Part shown: in pieces, positions 26,965 through 39,846 of the stretch
How the letters are laid out: every line of letters begins with the position of its first letter
Position numbering within the stretch: the first letter of the stretch is position 1
Source of the DNA: Octopus sinensis
Lineage: Eukaryota
Direction: 5' to 3'
Length of the DNA: 64,000 nt
Assembly: GCF_006345805.1 (NCBI RefSeq)
Contig: NC_043006.1
Coordinates: forward strand, 97,092,001 to 97,156,000
Notes under the pieces: generated by a model
The model's database searches: none
Told to the model about the DNA's origin: nothing
The model's input: only the letters and a program-made list of their open reading frames with translations
Made by a program: the position numbers and the translations under genes

Positions 26965-27165
26965 TAGGCAGAAGGCCTGAAATTTGTAGGGTGTGGGTAA
27001 GTCTATCACATCGATCCCAGTGCTTGAATGATACCTATTTTATAAGATTCGGCTGGATAAAAGCAAAGTCGACCTCGGTGGAATTTGAACTCAGAATGTA
27101 AAACGGTCGAAATGCTGCTAAGCATTTAGTCCGGCGTGCTAACGATTCTGCCGGCTCACCACCTT
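26965..27165 (-). mobile_element. tRNA-derived SINE family 3
   Basis: Minus strand GGTGGTGAGCCGGCAGAATCGTTAGC..GAGTTCAAATTCC; similar copies near 45290-45505, 46400-46790 and 54545-54750. Confidence 0.75.
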
Positions 27166-27398
27166 GCTGAAGATTAATATTAAATAAATAATTTATGGAA
27201 AGAGTTAAAATAAATGACGGCTTGTGAATAAAATATAAAAGGGACAGTGTGTGCAGGATGGACACGGAACAAAGATGGAGTGGATAAAGTGGTGTCAAGT
27301 TAGAAATTAGGGATGAGTTAGAAGCGGGTGTGTGAAAATAGGCAATGAGGAAGCTACGAGTAGTTACAGTGATATGTTTGTTATGGTTTGTTATGGGT

Positions 27399-27787
27399 GT
27401 GTGGAAGCACTCCGTCGGTTACGACGATGAGGGTTCCGGTTGATCCGAATCAACGGAACAGCCTGCTCGTGAAATTAACGTGTAAGTGGCTGAGCACTCC
27501 ACAGACACGTGCACCCTTAACGTAGATCTCGGGGATATTCAGCGTGACACAGAGAGTGACAAGGCCGGCCCCTTGAAATACAGGTACAACAGAAACAGGA
27601 AGTAAGAGTGAGAGAAAGTTGTGGTGAAAGAGTACAGCAGGGATCACCACCATCCCCTGCCGGAGCCTCGTGGAGCTTTTAGGTGTTTTCGCTCACTAAA
27701 CACTCACAACGCCCGGTCTGGGAATGGAAACCGCGATCCTATGACCGCGAGTCCGCTGCCCTAACCACTGTGCCATTGCGCCTCCAC
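27399..27787 (-). mobile_element. tRNA-derived SINE family 2, full length with TSD
   Basis: 11-bp TSD TTGTTATGGGT at 27388-27398 and 27788-27798. Confidence 0.9.
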
Positions 27788-28521
27788 TTGTTATGGGTAT
27801 GATACAGATGGTACATACTAAACGTTTTGAAGATCTTGTGGATAGGCGAAAATAGTTTTGCAGAGTGCCTGTTTAATAAGGGGTGTTTAGCATATAGGTT
27901 TTTCGATCTCCAAGATGCTTATACTGAATACCGAAAAAACTTGCAGCCGCTGCCTGACAAAGTCATATGAAAGCTTATATACTAAACACTTCCTACTAAT
28001 TAGACACTCTGAAAGACTGTTTTCGTGAAGCCGCAAAATCTTCAAAACATTCAACTCGGTACTATATCTGTACCTAGGATAATCCCACTAAAATGATCGC
28101 TGTGACCTCTCCGCGGAGAAGTGAAAACATTATTAGTTCAGTGACAAATATTATTAGCGCAAGAACGGGGGACAACTCCGATTTATTAGGTTTTATTAGC
28201 CATCCTCAACGAAGTATAGTCATTGAACTAATAGGCTTTCCTCATTTGCATAAATGTTTCTAATTAGAGTTATGATAGCCTGCATAATTATGTTTGTCCC
28301 AAATTTAATTATTGATTTTTCAGGCGCCTGATGTCTAGGATAATTATCTTCAGTGATTTATTTAATTTATGTGAGTGTAGGTGTGTGGGTGAGGTGCGCT
28401 CGTGTGTGTGTGTGTGTGTATGTGTGTGTGGTGTGTGTGTGTGTGCTAAAATGTATGACATGAACTAACTTTTCTTAAACACATACACACGCATATATAT
28501 TCACACATACATACCTACAAT

Positions 28522-28588
<67 letters not shown>

Positions 28589-29105
28589 TGCATAGATAAC
28601 ACAAAAGACAGATATACATAGACTTACATATATATATACACAAATATAAATATGAAAGCTATGCTTCGCGTATGTATATGATGGCTTGATTGAAGGATAT
28701 GATTGATTGATGGATGTGTGTGACGGATGATATAATGGATGAATGGCTAGCTAGTTGACTGTGTATGATGGATGGATGGATAGATGGATGGATGGATGGA
28801 CGGATGGACGGATGGATGGATGAACGAGTGGATGTGTGAAATTATTCTGGAATAGATTTTACAAATCATAATCTGAATTGCTAATATAATTGAGAGTAGA
28901 GCTTCATGTGGACCAAACTCAGAAATGAGGGAGAACCAAATACTCACTATTGCTGTCACTATTCAAAGTGTTCAGCCTTTTCTTTCTGTGATATTGCTTC
29001 TTTTTACTCCGAGTCACCCGTTATGGAACGGAATGATATGGGGAATAATGCATTCTACCCGTGACCATGTCACCTTTTCATTAATATCCAGATATATATC
29101 CTTCT

Positions 29106-29268
29106 TAGGGGCGGACCTAAGGCAGGTGGGTGAGTGCTGAGGGTACGTGCCACCCTCAAGAAAAGAAGTGTGCCCTTCAAAATAATGCCATTACACCCTT
29201 TTCTCCTGGAATTGTATTCCCTTCTGACTTTGTGCCCTCCCTTCGAAAAATTCTTGGGACCGCGCCTA
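29106..29268. mobile_element. Small MITE
   Basis: Imperfect TIRs TAGGGGCGGACCTAAG / CTTGGGACCGCGCCTA; flanked by CTTCT on both sides. Confidence 0.55.
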
Positions 29269-29914
29269 CTTCTCCCCTTTGCATCAGTGCATCCTCCCTT
29301 AAGTATATACGACTCAGTGAAAACTCTCAAAGTCGCTACAAATGTTAGAATTGACGAACCTTGACAATCTCTCTCGGAAGACATTGTCAAAACCATATCT
29401 CAAAGGCAAAGAGCCTCCTCAAAGCTAGTATATACTTCACTCCTTTCCTCTACAAATAAGCATACCAAAATTTTGTCTGTCTTTTCAAGATCAGATAATA
29501 GTTCACATCTAAACAGTTGCTGTTCCACTAGAACACGTGTCGTAAATCTGGGCTAGCTGTAATTAAAAACAGTCTGCTGATTGACACCAGCTCACTCACT
29601 GATAGGGTAATATCATTAGCACACAGGTATACTACCTATTCTCTCTCATTGCTTTATTGTTACAGTATTTGTATCACTAAACAAGCATGTCCTCTCGCTG
29701 CAAGATCATCTGTTGCTCTCGTTATCTTCTTATTGTCTTTATGGTGCCTCATACAACCGACTACGCACTAACTATAAGTATACTTATAGGCGCATGTACA
29801 TGGGTATGCGGGCGCGCATGTGTAGGTATGGACATGCTCGCTTACGCGAATACTATGAATAGTTTTACCCCCTTACCTTTACTCTCTCCCCTCACTTAGC
29901 GGTCATTCTAACAG

Positions 29915-30058
29915 CTCTTTTGTCTTAATAACTGTCAACCACACAGTCATTTTCCTTTGTTTAACGGTCATTTTCATAGCATCTTTTTCGATGGCCGGAT
30001 AACTGAAGAGATGGTGGCGTGGGTTTCCGACCCGACATCCGAAACTCGGAGTTTCATC
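29915..30058 (+). mobile_element. Short repeat with hammerhead motif (family C), second copy
   Basis: GGATAA-CTGAAGA-GATG..CATCC-GAAA-CTCGGAG-T-T-TCATC at 29996-30058. Confidence 0.55.
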
Positions 30059-30164
30059 ATAGCTACCGAATAATTGTCGCATATTACATTTACAGATATA
30101 TATATATATATATATATGAGTGATACATAATTTGCACAATGCGAAGAATATACCACCAGCATTG

Positions 30165-30470
30165 CCCAAATGACCTACACATTAATTTCAGAATTCATCC
30201 AATGTCAGGACCACGTGCTATACGTCCCCTACAGGATCACAACACAAATACACGGCAACACAATGTCTTTCCCTGAAAAAAAGCCCTGCCCAATTTAACA
30301 TTGTCCCAAGGCAAATCAAAGAGGTAAAAGATCCCATCATCATTAAGCGGAATCTGGGAAAATTTCTTCAAGGGATACCACATAAGCCATCTATACCTGG
30401 ATACACCTCACTCGACAAGAGCTCTCTACATGAATAGGCCATGATACCACAAAACTTGACTTAAAAAGGA
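30165..30470 (+). mobile_element. LINE (L2/Crack/Daphne-like) 3' fragment
   Basis: LGKFLQGIPHKPSIPGYTSLDKSSL resembles the LDKFL..IPD.P..PGY C-terminus. Confidence 0.5.
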
Positions 30471-30546
30471 TTTAGCAAATCCTGTCAGGTGATGCAATTA
30501 AGCTAGACATGGCCTGGGCCAATCTTTGGCTGCAATATATCTAAGT

Positions 30547-30592
<46 letters not shown>

Positions 30593-31904
30593 TATATATA
30601 GATAGATAATAGATAGATAGATAGATAGATATGTTTCTTTATTAGCCACCAGGGCTGCCACACAGATAGAACAAATTACAAGGTAGAGCTTTTTTTTGAA
30701 GGTTAAAAAAAAAAAGAAAAAAAAGGAAAGGGGGGAGTTTCGATCAAAAGGAATCGTAAAAGGAGGAAAGAGGACAAAAAATGGGGGGTTAAAAAAAGGG
30801 GGAGAGGAAAAAAAAATTGATCAATAGGATCGTTATCACAGAAATGTCAATATGAAGTGTAAGGGAGGACAGGTGAGGTTTACCCGTGGAAGAAAAGCCT
30901 ACGGAAAAGACACGGTACCTCGGTCATGAAGTCACATTTTATATTTCTTTTTTTTTTTTTTTTTTGCAAATAAGCAAATCTCTGTTTTCAATTTCTGGGT
31001 TCATAGGACTATGTCAGGTGGCTTCGTCATTCATACGTGCCATTCTTGCTACATTCACCATCTTTTTTTAAAACATTCGCTAGACAAAATTGCCTCTCTA
31101 CTCTCACTTTCCTTTTCAAGTGGTACTTGAAGAAGTTGATGAGAGATTGACCAGAGAGGAAAGTGTTTGTCTCCAATCCTTTCAGACGCATATGTAGATA
31201 TATATAGAGACATAGATATATACATATATATACATATAGATATATATATACATATATACATAAACATTCATATATTTACATACATATATATGTATACATA
31301 CACCTAAAACAAATGTGTGGGAGAATGTGTATATGCATGTGTGTGTATGTGTGTATGTATGAGCATACTATAAGATATATACACGCGCGCGCACACACAC
31401 ATATACACAAAATCATATGTATGTATGTGTGTGTGTATAAATGGTATTTATATGAAGACAAATCTGTCTGGTGAACAAGCTAATTAACAGCCTCTGTGAT
31501 ATACAACCGTTTTACAAGGTCAGTCAAACGAAATTGTTTTGGCGCCTCTATAGGTAGACGACAACGAACCGTAACGCTGGTTTACATCACACAGGCACCA
31601 ACCTTCCAGCCCTCCCGTATTGCCAACTTGTCTTCATAACGACTCGGCTTGCCTCAATTAAAACGAACGCATATACGCATGTATGTTTATGTATGTATGT
31701 ATGTATGTAAGTGTATGTATGTATGTATGTATGTAGTATGTATGTACACATATGTGTAAAAGATATATATATGTATATATATATGTGTGTATATATATAT
31801 ATATAAAAGTATATTCATACATACAATGTATAATTATGAAAATATATTTATATGTGTGTGTGTGTATTGTGTATATATGTGTATATATAAATGTGTGTGT
31901 GTGT

Positions 31905-31937
<33 letters not shown>

Positions 31938-32508
31938 TTGTGTGTGTGTTTTGCTTTTTATCTTTTACTTGTTTCAGTCACTGGATTGTGGTCATACTGG
32001 AGCACCTCCTTGAAGGGTTTTAGTCGAACAAATCGACCAGATTAAGCTTATTTTTTTTCTTTTTCTTAAAGTGTGGTACTTATTCTGTTGGAGGTCTTCT
32101 GCTGTACGGTTAGGTTACGTGGATGCAAACAAGCCAACACCGCTTTTCAGAGGGTGTTGGATGAACAAATAAGAACGAAGAAAAAAGGCTAATTATTTCT
32201 GGTCTCTTGAAATTTCTAATGATGTAAACAACCTTCTGTTCTCGCTGGTAAGAATGAAGGTTTTAAAATAAGTCAAGAAATTCTAAGAAATGCTTTGGCT
32301 CAGTGGTAGAATGTCTGTCAGTTTCACAGAAGATGTAGGTTCGAAACTGACGGGCAGCTTTCAACTTCTTCTGTTCAAAGGCTTTTGCCCAATATTTACG
32401 CGCTATTATTTATAGCCTTATATACTTCGAGCTCCTCCGTTCAAATAAGGAAGTTTCTAAATTATTTTAGTAGCTAGTTCGCTAGGCGTAGATACATACA
32501 CACGCACT

Positions 32509-32880
32509 AGGCGTCAGGGTGGCTGTGTGGTAAAAAGCTTGCTTCCCAACCACATCGTTCCTTATTCAGTTCCACTGCGTGGTACCTTGAGCAAAGTGTC
32601 TTCCGCTGTAGCCTCGGGCCGACCAAAACCTTGAGATTTGGATGTAGTAGGCGGAAACTGAAAGAAGCCTGTCAAATATATATATGTGTGTGTTTGTGTA
32701 CGTGCATTTGTGTCTGTGTTTGTCCCCCACAACAGCTTGACAACCGGTGTTGGTTTGTTTATATCCCCGAAACTTAGAGGTTCAGCAAAAGAGATCGATA
32801 GAACAAGTACCAAGCTTTAAAAAAGTACTGGGATCGATTCATTCGACTAAAAATTCCAATGACAGAAACAAGTAAAAGTG
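32509..32880 (+). mobile_element. CORE-type SINE variant
   Basis: GTGGCTGTGTGGTAA head and family body in plus orientation. Confidence 0.8.
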
Positions 32881-33469
32881 AGCTAAGGGAAATAACTCAG
32901 GGGGCCAGTGACATATTTTGTATATATCCTGGGCAATAGGATATGTATCAATGTGCCTGGAGCAAAACATGGCTGAACTAGGATTTTTCGGAAGAGAATG
33001 TAATTCCTTGATTCATTCACTACAAATAATCGCAGTGCTTTTGGACAATAGAAATTTCCAAGAGCTTCTTGAGATTTAAAGGATGATGGTTGAAACAAGA
33101 TACATTCCTTCACAACCTTGCTACCAAGTAGGTGGCCGGTCAAAATGTATTCTAAATTTAAAAGAGGAAGAGAACATACATACATACGTTTTTTTCATAT
33201 TATTTTTCAATCATTTGACTGCGGCCATACTGGAGCACCGCCTTGAAAGGTTTTTAGTTGAACCCCAGGACTTATAATTTTTTTAAGCCGAGTACTTATT
33301 CTATTGGTCTCTTTGGGATGAACCGCTAAGTTATGGGAACATCAACACACCAACACCGGTCGTTGTTGTCGAACGGGTACGGAGAGACAAACAGACACAA
33401 AGACATACACACAGACATATACATATATATACGTGCATACATACATACATACATCATACATACATACAT

Positions 33470-33518
<49 letters not shown>

Positions 33519-33591
33519 GCCACTACCATTATTTTCTCTCCTTGTTTCATTCTATGTTCCTTTCTGTGAAAGAGCGTAGGCTCGAAGCGTA

Positions 33592-33691
33592 NNNNNNNNN
33601 NNNNNNNNNNNNNNNNNNNNNNNNNNNNNNNNNNNNNNNNNNNNNNNNNNNNNNNNNNNNNNNNNNNNNNNNNNNNNNNNNNNNNNNNNNN
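33592..33691. other. Assembly gap (100 N)
   Basis: Run of N. Confidence 1.
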
Positions 33692-34377
33692 CTCAGGTTG
33701 TTTTCATGCACTTTGGGACACTATTATCTCGTTTCTGGCTAACAAATGGTTACAGCTAAATGTAATACATTTTATTTATCCAATATATGACAAAATTAAT
33801 TTAATAAAGAGTTTCAAGGCCGAAACATTGATCTAATATCCTCCAAAGGAGATATTAGTCCTTTCTCGAAAAAGTACCACTCTAGAAAATGAATATTGCA
33901 TGTCGTGCATTGTTACAAATTCCTAGTTTGGAATCGACTAGCAGTAATCTGCATCAGGATGACCTTGTATACTGAACAGCTGAAAAAACTTGCAAAATTA
34001 TATGCCAGGTCAGTTTAGCAACATACTGAAGTTAAATAGACCATGTTGGGTAACACTTCTTTTTGAAGTTAATGTTACTTATGTAGATATCTGCAAGAGA
34101 ATCTCACTGGATTCCGGAGTAACAAAATATTTCCAGCAAGATTTACCCCTTTAAAGAGCAACCTGACTATATAGCCAGCCGAAAATATTTTTGGTTTAGA
34201 CGACCAACGTGAATTTCAGCACAAATCTCATTAGTACATTTGTGAAACACAATTTCAGTTTGTAAATAGTTGTGTTACAGCACCCAACATTATTTGGTGC
34301 GATATCTGAGCTCTGCGAATTTTGGGAGATATTTTTTCTACATTTTTTTCTTTGGCAATTGTTTTTCAAGTTTTAAA

Positions 34378-35371
34378 ATGGATAACAGTTTCATGCAATC
34401 AAGCAGTGAATCTGAATTTGAGAAGTTTTCAACGGAAGATACAAAGAAATTGAACACCATACAAGTGAAAAACAAAAGCATGTGCTGTATCAAAATGAAT
34501 TTAAAACTATTTTTACAAACAATTTTTCAGAAGAGACTGGACCTACTCATATGTGGAGTACCAAACTTCAATCCATAATTTAAAATCAGACCTGTCATCA
34601 AATGCATAAAAACGACTCTACAACCCAGGTACATACATGTAGTGATGCTGCTGTGTAAGGTTCAGCGCACATGCGCAGAATGGGATTGCTTCCAGTTGGC
34701 CACCGGAAGTCTTCCCCCATGCGCATGTGCGGGGAAACTGACCCCTAAAACGCTGTTCGCTCATTCATCCTTTCTGGCCCTAACAGCCTTCGAGAACGGA
34801 CGTGTACTGGCAGTCTCTGTGGACTTCATACCAGCCAAGCAGCGAACCACGACGAATCATTTCGACCAACAAACAAGAATCAGTACTACAGATTCGGCTG
34901 TCGGTTTCCCTCCAGAGAACACGTACACCAGTTCTACATTACGACGAGAAATAAACACCATTACTTTGCTGTGTTCGTAGACAACCTGACTTGTCTGTTA
35001 TTTTTAACTAAAATTGAAGGTGACGGGATCAGATCGGACACCCCTCCAGTGATACCGAATCCAGATCCTGTTACATACCTATCCGTTGATAAAGGCAGAA
35101 TACATTTCCTATGATATATGCCAGGAAAACCCACAAAGTAGGGAATCAAAGTCTGGAAGATTTGTGAAGCAAATATGGGGTACTGCTGTGGGTATAGTTA
35201 TAATTCAGAAAGAAGAGAAATGATCTAAGTCAGCATGGCCTAGGGCACAATGAAGTTTGGAATTTATCACTTCCATACCATAACCAGGACTGTATATCTT
35301 TTGACCAATTTTTTAGTTTAGTCAAACATGTGATGGATATAATTGCGACAACATACACATGTGCTACAGTA
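34378..35371 (+). pseudogene. piggyBac-family transposase, 5' half (deleted, frameshifted, LTR-interrupted)
   Basis: MDNSFMQSSSESEFE; FKIRPVI; YNPGTYLSVD (after removing the LTR); KGRIHFL*YMPGKPTK*GIKVWKICEA; HGLGHNEVWNL; FDQFFSLVKHVMDIIATTYTCATV. Confidence 0.85.
34638..35075 (+). mobile_element. Solo LTR (Gypsy-like), 438 bp
   Basis: TGTAGTGATGC...ATCCTGTTACA termini; AATAAA present; 4-bp flanks TACA/TACC; excision restores the YNPGTYLSVD reading. Confidence 0.8.
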
Positions 35372-35578
35372 GTGACACTGGATATTGGGAATCATAAGGA
35401 AATGACACCATTGCTGGAAGCCGTCTCCGGGGCCCACCTCGGAATTATCCATAAACTCATCATACATGGTGCAAATGTAAATGCTGTCGACAATGATGGT
35501 AATAATTGTTTACCCCTCTCCATAATAAAAAAAGAGAGGTTCCATTCTGAGGAGGAACATATTCCCATTTTAGATGAG
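35372..35578 (+). CDS. Ankyrin-repeat exon fragment (resembles Mind bomb-type E3 ligase ankyrin repeats), copy 1
   Basis: VTLDIGNHKEMTPLLEAVSGAHLGIIHKLIIHGANVNAVDNDGNNCLPLSI fits the ANK consensus TPLxxA..G...++..L+..GA.VN..D..G; ends GAG|GTAAGT. Confidence 0.75.
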
Positions 35579-38500
35579 GTAAGTTTTTAAAATTGTTTGT
35601 GAATATGTGTGTGTGTGGTTGGCATTAGGAAGGGTATGCAACCGCAGAAACTATGCCATAAGAAAATGACACCATTGCTTGAAGCTGTCTCCGGGGCCCA
35701 CCTCGGAATTATCCATAAAATTATCATACATGGTGCAAATGTAAATGCTGTCGACAATGATGGTAATAATTGTTTACATCTCTCCATAATAAAAAAAGAG
35801 ATATTCCATTCTGAGTTGGAAACCATTCCCATTTTAGATGAGGTAAGTTTTTAAAATTGTTTGTGAATATGTGTGTGTGTGGTTGGCATTAGGAAGGGCA
35901 TGCAACCGCAGAAACTATGCCATAAGGAAATAACACCATTGCTGGAAGCCGTCACCGGGGCCCACCTCGGAATTATCCATAAACTAATCATACATGGTGC
36001 AAATATGAATGCCAACGACAATGATGGTAATAATTGTTTAAATCTCTCCATAATAAAAAAAGAGATGTTCTATTCTGAGGTGGAAACCATTCCCATTTAA
36101 ATGAGGTAAGTTCTTAAAATTGTTTGTGAATATGTGTGTGTGTGGTTGGCATTAGGAAGGGCATGCAACCGCAGAAACTATGCCATAAGGAAATAACACC
36201 ATTGCTGGAAGCCGTCACCGGGGCCCACCTCGGAATTATCCATAAACTAATCATACATGGTGCAAATATGAATGCCAACGACAATGATGGTAATAATTGT
36301 TTACCCCTCTCCATAATAAAAAAAGAGAGGTTCCATTCTGAGGAGGAACATATTCCCATTTTAGATGAGGTAAGTTTTTAAAATTGTTTGTGAATATGTG
36401 TGTGTGGTTGGCATTAGGAAGGGCATGCAACCGCAGAAACTATGCCATAAGAAAATAACACCATTGCTGGAAGCCGTCTCCGGGGCCCACCTCGGAATTA
36501 TCCATAAAATTATCATACATGGTGCAAATGTAAATGCTGTCGACAATGATGGTAATAATTGTTTACCCCTCTCCATAATAAAAAAAGAGATGTTCTATTC
36601 TGAGGTGGAAACCATTCCCATTTTAGATGAGGTAAGTTTTTAAAATAGTTTGTGAATGTGTGTGTGGTTGGCATTAGGAAGGGCATACAACCGCAGAAAC
36701 TATGCCATAAGAAAATGACACCATTACTGGAAGCCGTCTCCGGGGCCCACCTCGGAATTATCCATAAACTCATAATACATGGTGCAAATGTAAATGCTGT
36801 CGACAATGATGGTAATAATTGTTTACATAGCTCCATAATAAAGAAAGAGATGTTCCATTCTGAGGTGGAAAAAATTCCCATTTTAGATAAGGTAAGTTCT
36901 TAAAATTGTTTGTGAATATGTGTGTGTGGTTGGCATTAGGAAGGGTATGCAACCGCAGAAACTATGCCATAAGAAAATGACACCATTGCTTGAAGCTGTC
37001 TCCGGGGCCCACCTCGAGATTATCCATAAACTCATCATACATGGTGCAAATATGAATGCTGTCGACAATGATGGTAATAATTGTTTACACCTCTCCATAA
37101 TAAAAAAAGAGATATTCCATTCTGAGGTGGAAACCATTCCCATTTTAGATGAGGTAAGTTCTTAAAATTGTTTGTGAATATGTGTGTGTGGTTGGCATTA
37201 GGAAGGGCATGCAACCGCAGAAACCATGCCATAAGAAAATGACACCATTGCTTGAAGCTGTCTCCGGGGCCCACCTCGGAATTATCCATAAACTCATCAT
37301 ACATGGTGCAAATATGAATGCCGTCGACAATGATGGTAATAATTGTTTACACCTCTCCATAATAACAAATGAGATGTTCCATTCTGAGGTGGAAACCATT
37401 CCCATTTTAGATGAGGTAAGTTTTTAAAATTGTTTGTGAATATGTGTGTGTGTGGTTGGCATTAGGAAGGGCATGCAACCGCAGAAACTTTGCCATAAGA
37501 AAATAACACCATTTCTGGAAGCCGTCTCCGGGGCCCACCTCGGAATTATCCATAAAATTATCATACATGGTGCAAATATGAATGCCAACGACAATGATGG
37601 TAATAATTGTTTACACCTCTCCATAATAAAGAAAGAGATGTTCCATTCTGAGGAGGAGCATATTCCCATTTTAGATGAGGTAAGTTTTTAAAATTGTTTG
37701 TGAATATGTGTGTGTGGTTGGCATTAGGAAGGCATGCAACCACAGAAACTATGCCATAAGAAAATAACACCATTGCTGGAGCCGTCTCCGGGGCCCACCT
37801 CGGAATTATCCATAAACTCATAATACATGGTGCAAATATGGATGCCAACGACAATGATGGTAATAATTGTTTACACCTCTCCATAATAAAGAAAGAGATG
37901 TTTTATTCTGAGGTGGAAAATATTCCCATTTTAGATGAGGTAAGTTTTTAAAATTGTTTGTGAATATGTGTGTGTGGTTGGCATTAGGAAGGGCATGCAA
38001 CTGCAGAAACTATGCCATAAGAAAATAACACCATTTCTGGAAGCAGTCTCCGGGGCCCACCTCGGAATTATCCATAAAATTATCATACATGGTGCAAATA
38101 TGAATGCCAACGACAATGATGGTAATAATTGTTTACACCTCTCCATAATAAAGAAAGAGATGTTCTATTCTCAGGTGGAAACCATTCCCATTTTAGATGA
38201 GGTAAGCTTTTAAAATTGTTTGTAAAATATGTGTGTGTGTGGTTGGCATTAGGAAGGGCATGCAACCGCAGAAACTATGCCATAACAAAATAACACCATT
38301 GCTGGAAGCCGTCTCCGGGGCCCACCTCGAAATTATCCATAAACTCATCATACACGGTGCAAATGTAAATGCTGTCGACAATGATGGTAATAATTGTTTA
38401 CACCTCTCCATAATAAAAAAAGAGATGTTCCATTCTGAGGTGGAAAATATTCCCATTTTAGATGAGGTAAGTTCTTAAAATTGTTTGTGAATATGTGTGT

Positions 38501-39846
38501 GTGGTTGGCATTAGGAAGGGCATGCAACCGCAGAAACTATGCCATAAGAAAATAACACCATTTCTGGAAGCCGTCTCCGGGCCCACCTCGGAATTATCCA
38601 TAAACTTATCATACATGGTGCAAATGTAAATGCTGTCGACAATGATTAATAGGTAACATTGTTACACCTCTCCATAAAAAAAAGATGTTCCATTCTGAGG
38701 TGGAAAATATTCCCATTTTAGATGAGGTAAGTTCTTAAAATTGTTTGTGAATGTGTGTGTGTGGTTGGCATTAGGAAGGGCATGCAACCGCAGAAACTAC
38801 GCCATAAGAAAATAACACCATTGCTTGAAGCCGTCCGGGGCCCACCTCGGAATTATCCATAAACTCATCATACTGGTGCAATATAATGAATGCCGTCGAC
38901 ATGATGGTAATAATTGTTTACACCTCTCCATAATAAAAAAAGAGATGTTCTATTCTGAGGTGGAAAATATTCCCATTTTAGATGAGGTAAGTTCTTAAAA
39001 TTGTTTGTGAATATGTGTGTGTGTGGTTGGCATTAGGAAGGGCATGCAACCGCAGAAACTATGCCATAAGAAAATAACACCATTGCTTGAAGCCGTCTCC
39101 TCCGGGGCCCACCTCGAATTATCCATAAACTCATCATACATGGTGCAAATGTAAATGCTCTCGACAATGATGGTAATAATTGTTTACACCTCTCCATAAT
39201 AAAAAAAGAGATTTCCATTCTGAGGTGGAAACCATTCCCATTTTAGATGAGGTAAGTTTTTAAAATTGTTTGTGAATATGTGTGCGTGTGGTTGGCATTA
39301 GGAAGGGCATGCAACCGCAGAAACTTTGCCATAAGAAAACAAAACTATTTCTGGAAGCCGTCTCCGGGGCCCACCTCGGAATTATCCATAAACTTATCGT
39401 ACATGGTGCAAATATGAATGCCAACGACAATGATGGTAATAATTGTTTACATCTCCATAATAAAGAAAGAGATGTTCCATTCTGAGGTGGAAACCATTCC
39501 CATTTTAGATGAGGTAAGTTTTTAAAATTGTTTGTGTGGTTGGCATTAGGAAGGGCATGCAACCGCAGAAACTATGCCATAAGAAAATAACACCATTGCT
39601 GGAAGCCGTCACTGGGGCCCACCTCGGATTATCCATAAAATATAATTATCATACATGGTGCAAATATGAATGCCAACGACAATGATGGCGATAATTGTTT
39701 ACACCCCTCTCCATAATAAAGAAAGAGATGTTCTATTCTGAGGTGGAAACCATTCCCATTTTAGATGAGGTAAGTTTTTAAAATTGTTTGTGAATATGTG
39801 TGTGTGGTTGGCATTAGGAAGGGCATGCAACCGCAGAAACTATGCC
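35393..39846 (+). repeat. Tandem array of 17 x ~262-bp units (ankyrin exon + donor + intron start + SINE piece)
   Basis: Unit starts (CATAAG/CATAAC) near 35393, 35657, 35921, 36184, 36446, 36707, 36968, 37230, 37494, 37755, 38016, 38281, 38544, 38804, 39066, 39330, 39579. Confidence 0.95.

Noticed and set aside
32290-32350. tRNA gene
   Set aside because: A/B boxes only, no acceptor or anticodon stems; SINE-head relic. The same applies to all tRNA-like heads in the window.
35393-39846. CRISPR-like or protein-coding single-ORF interpretation of the array
   Set aside because: No repeat-spacer structure; each unit has a stop right after the donor, so it cannot be one continuous ORF.
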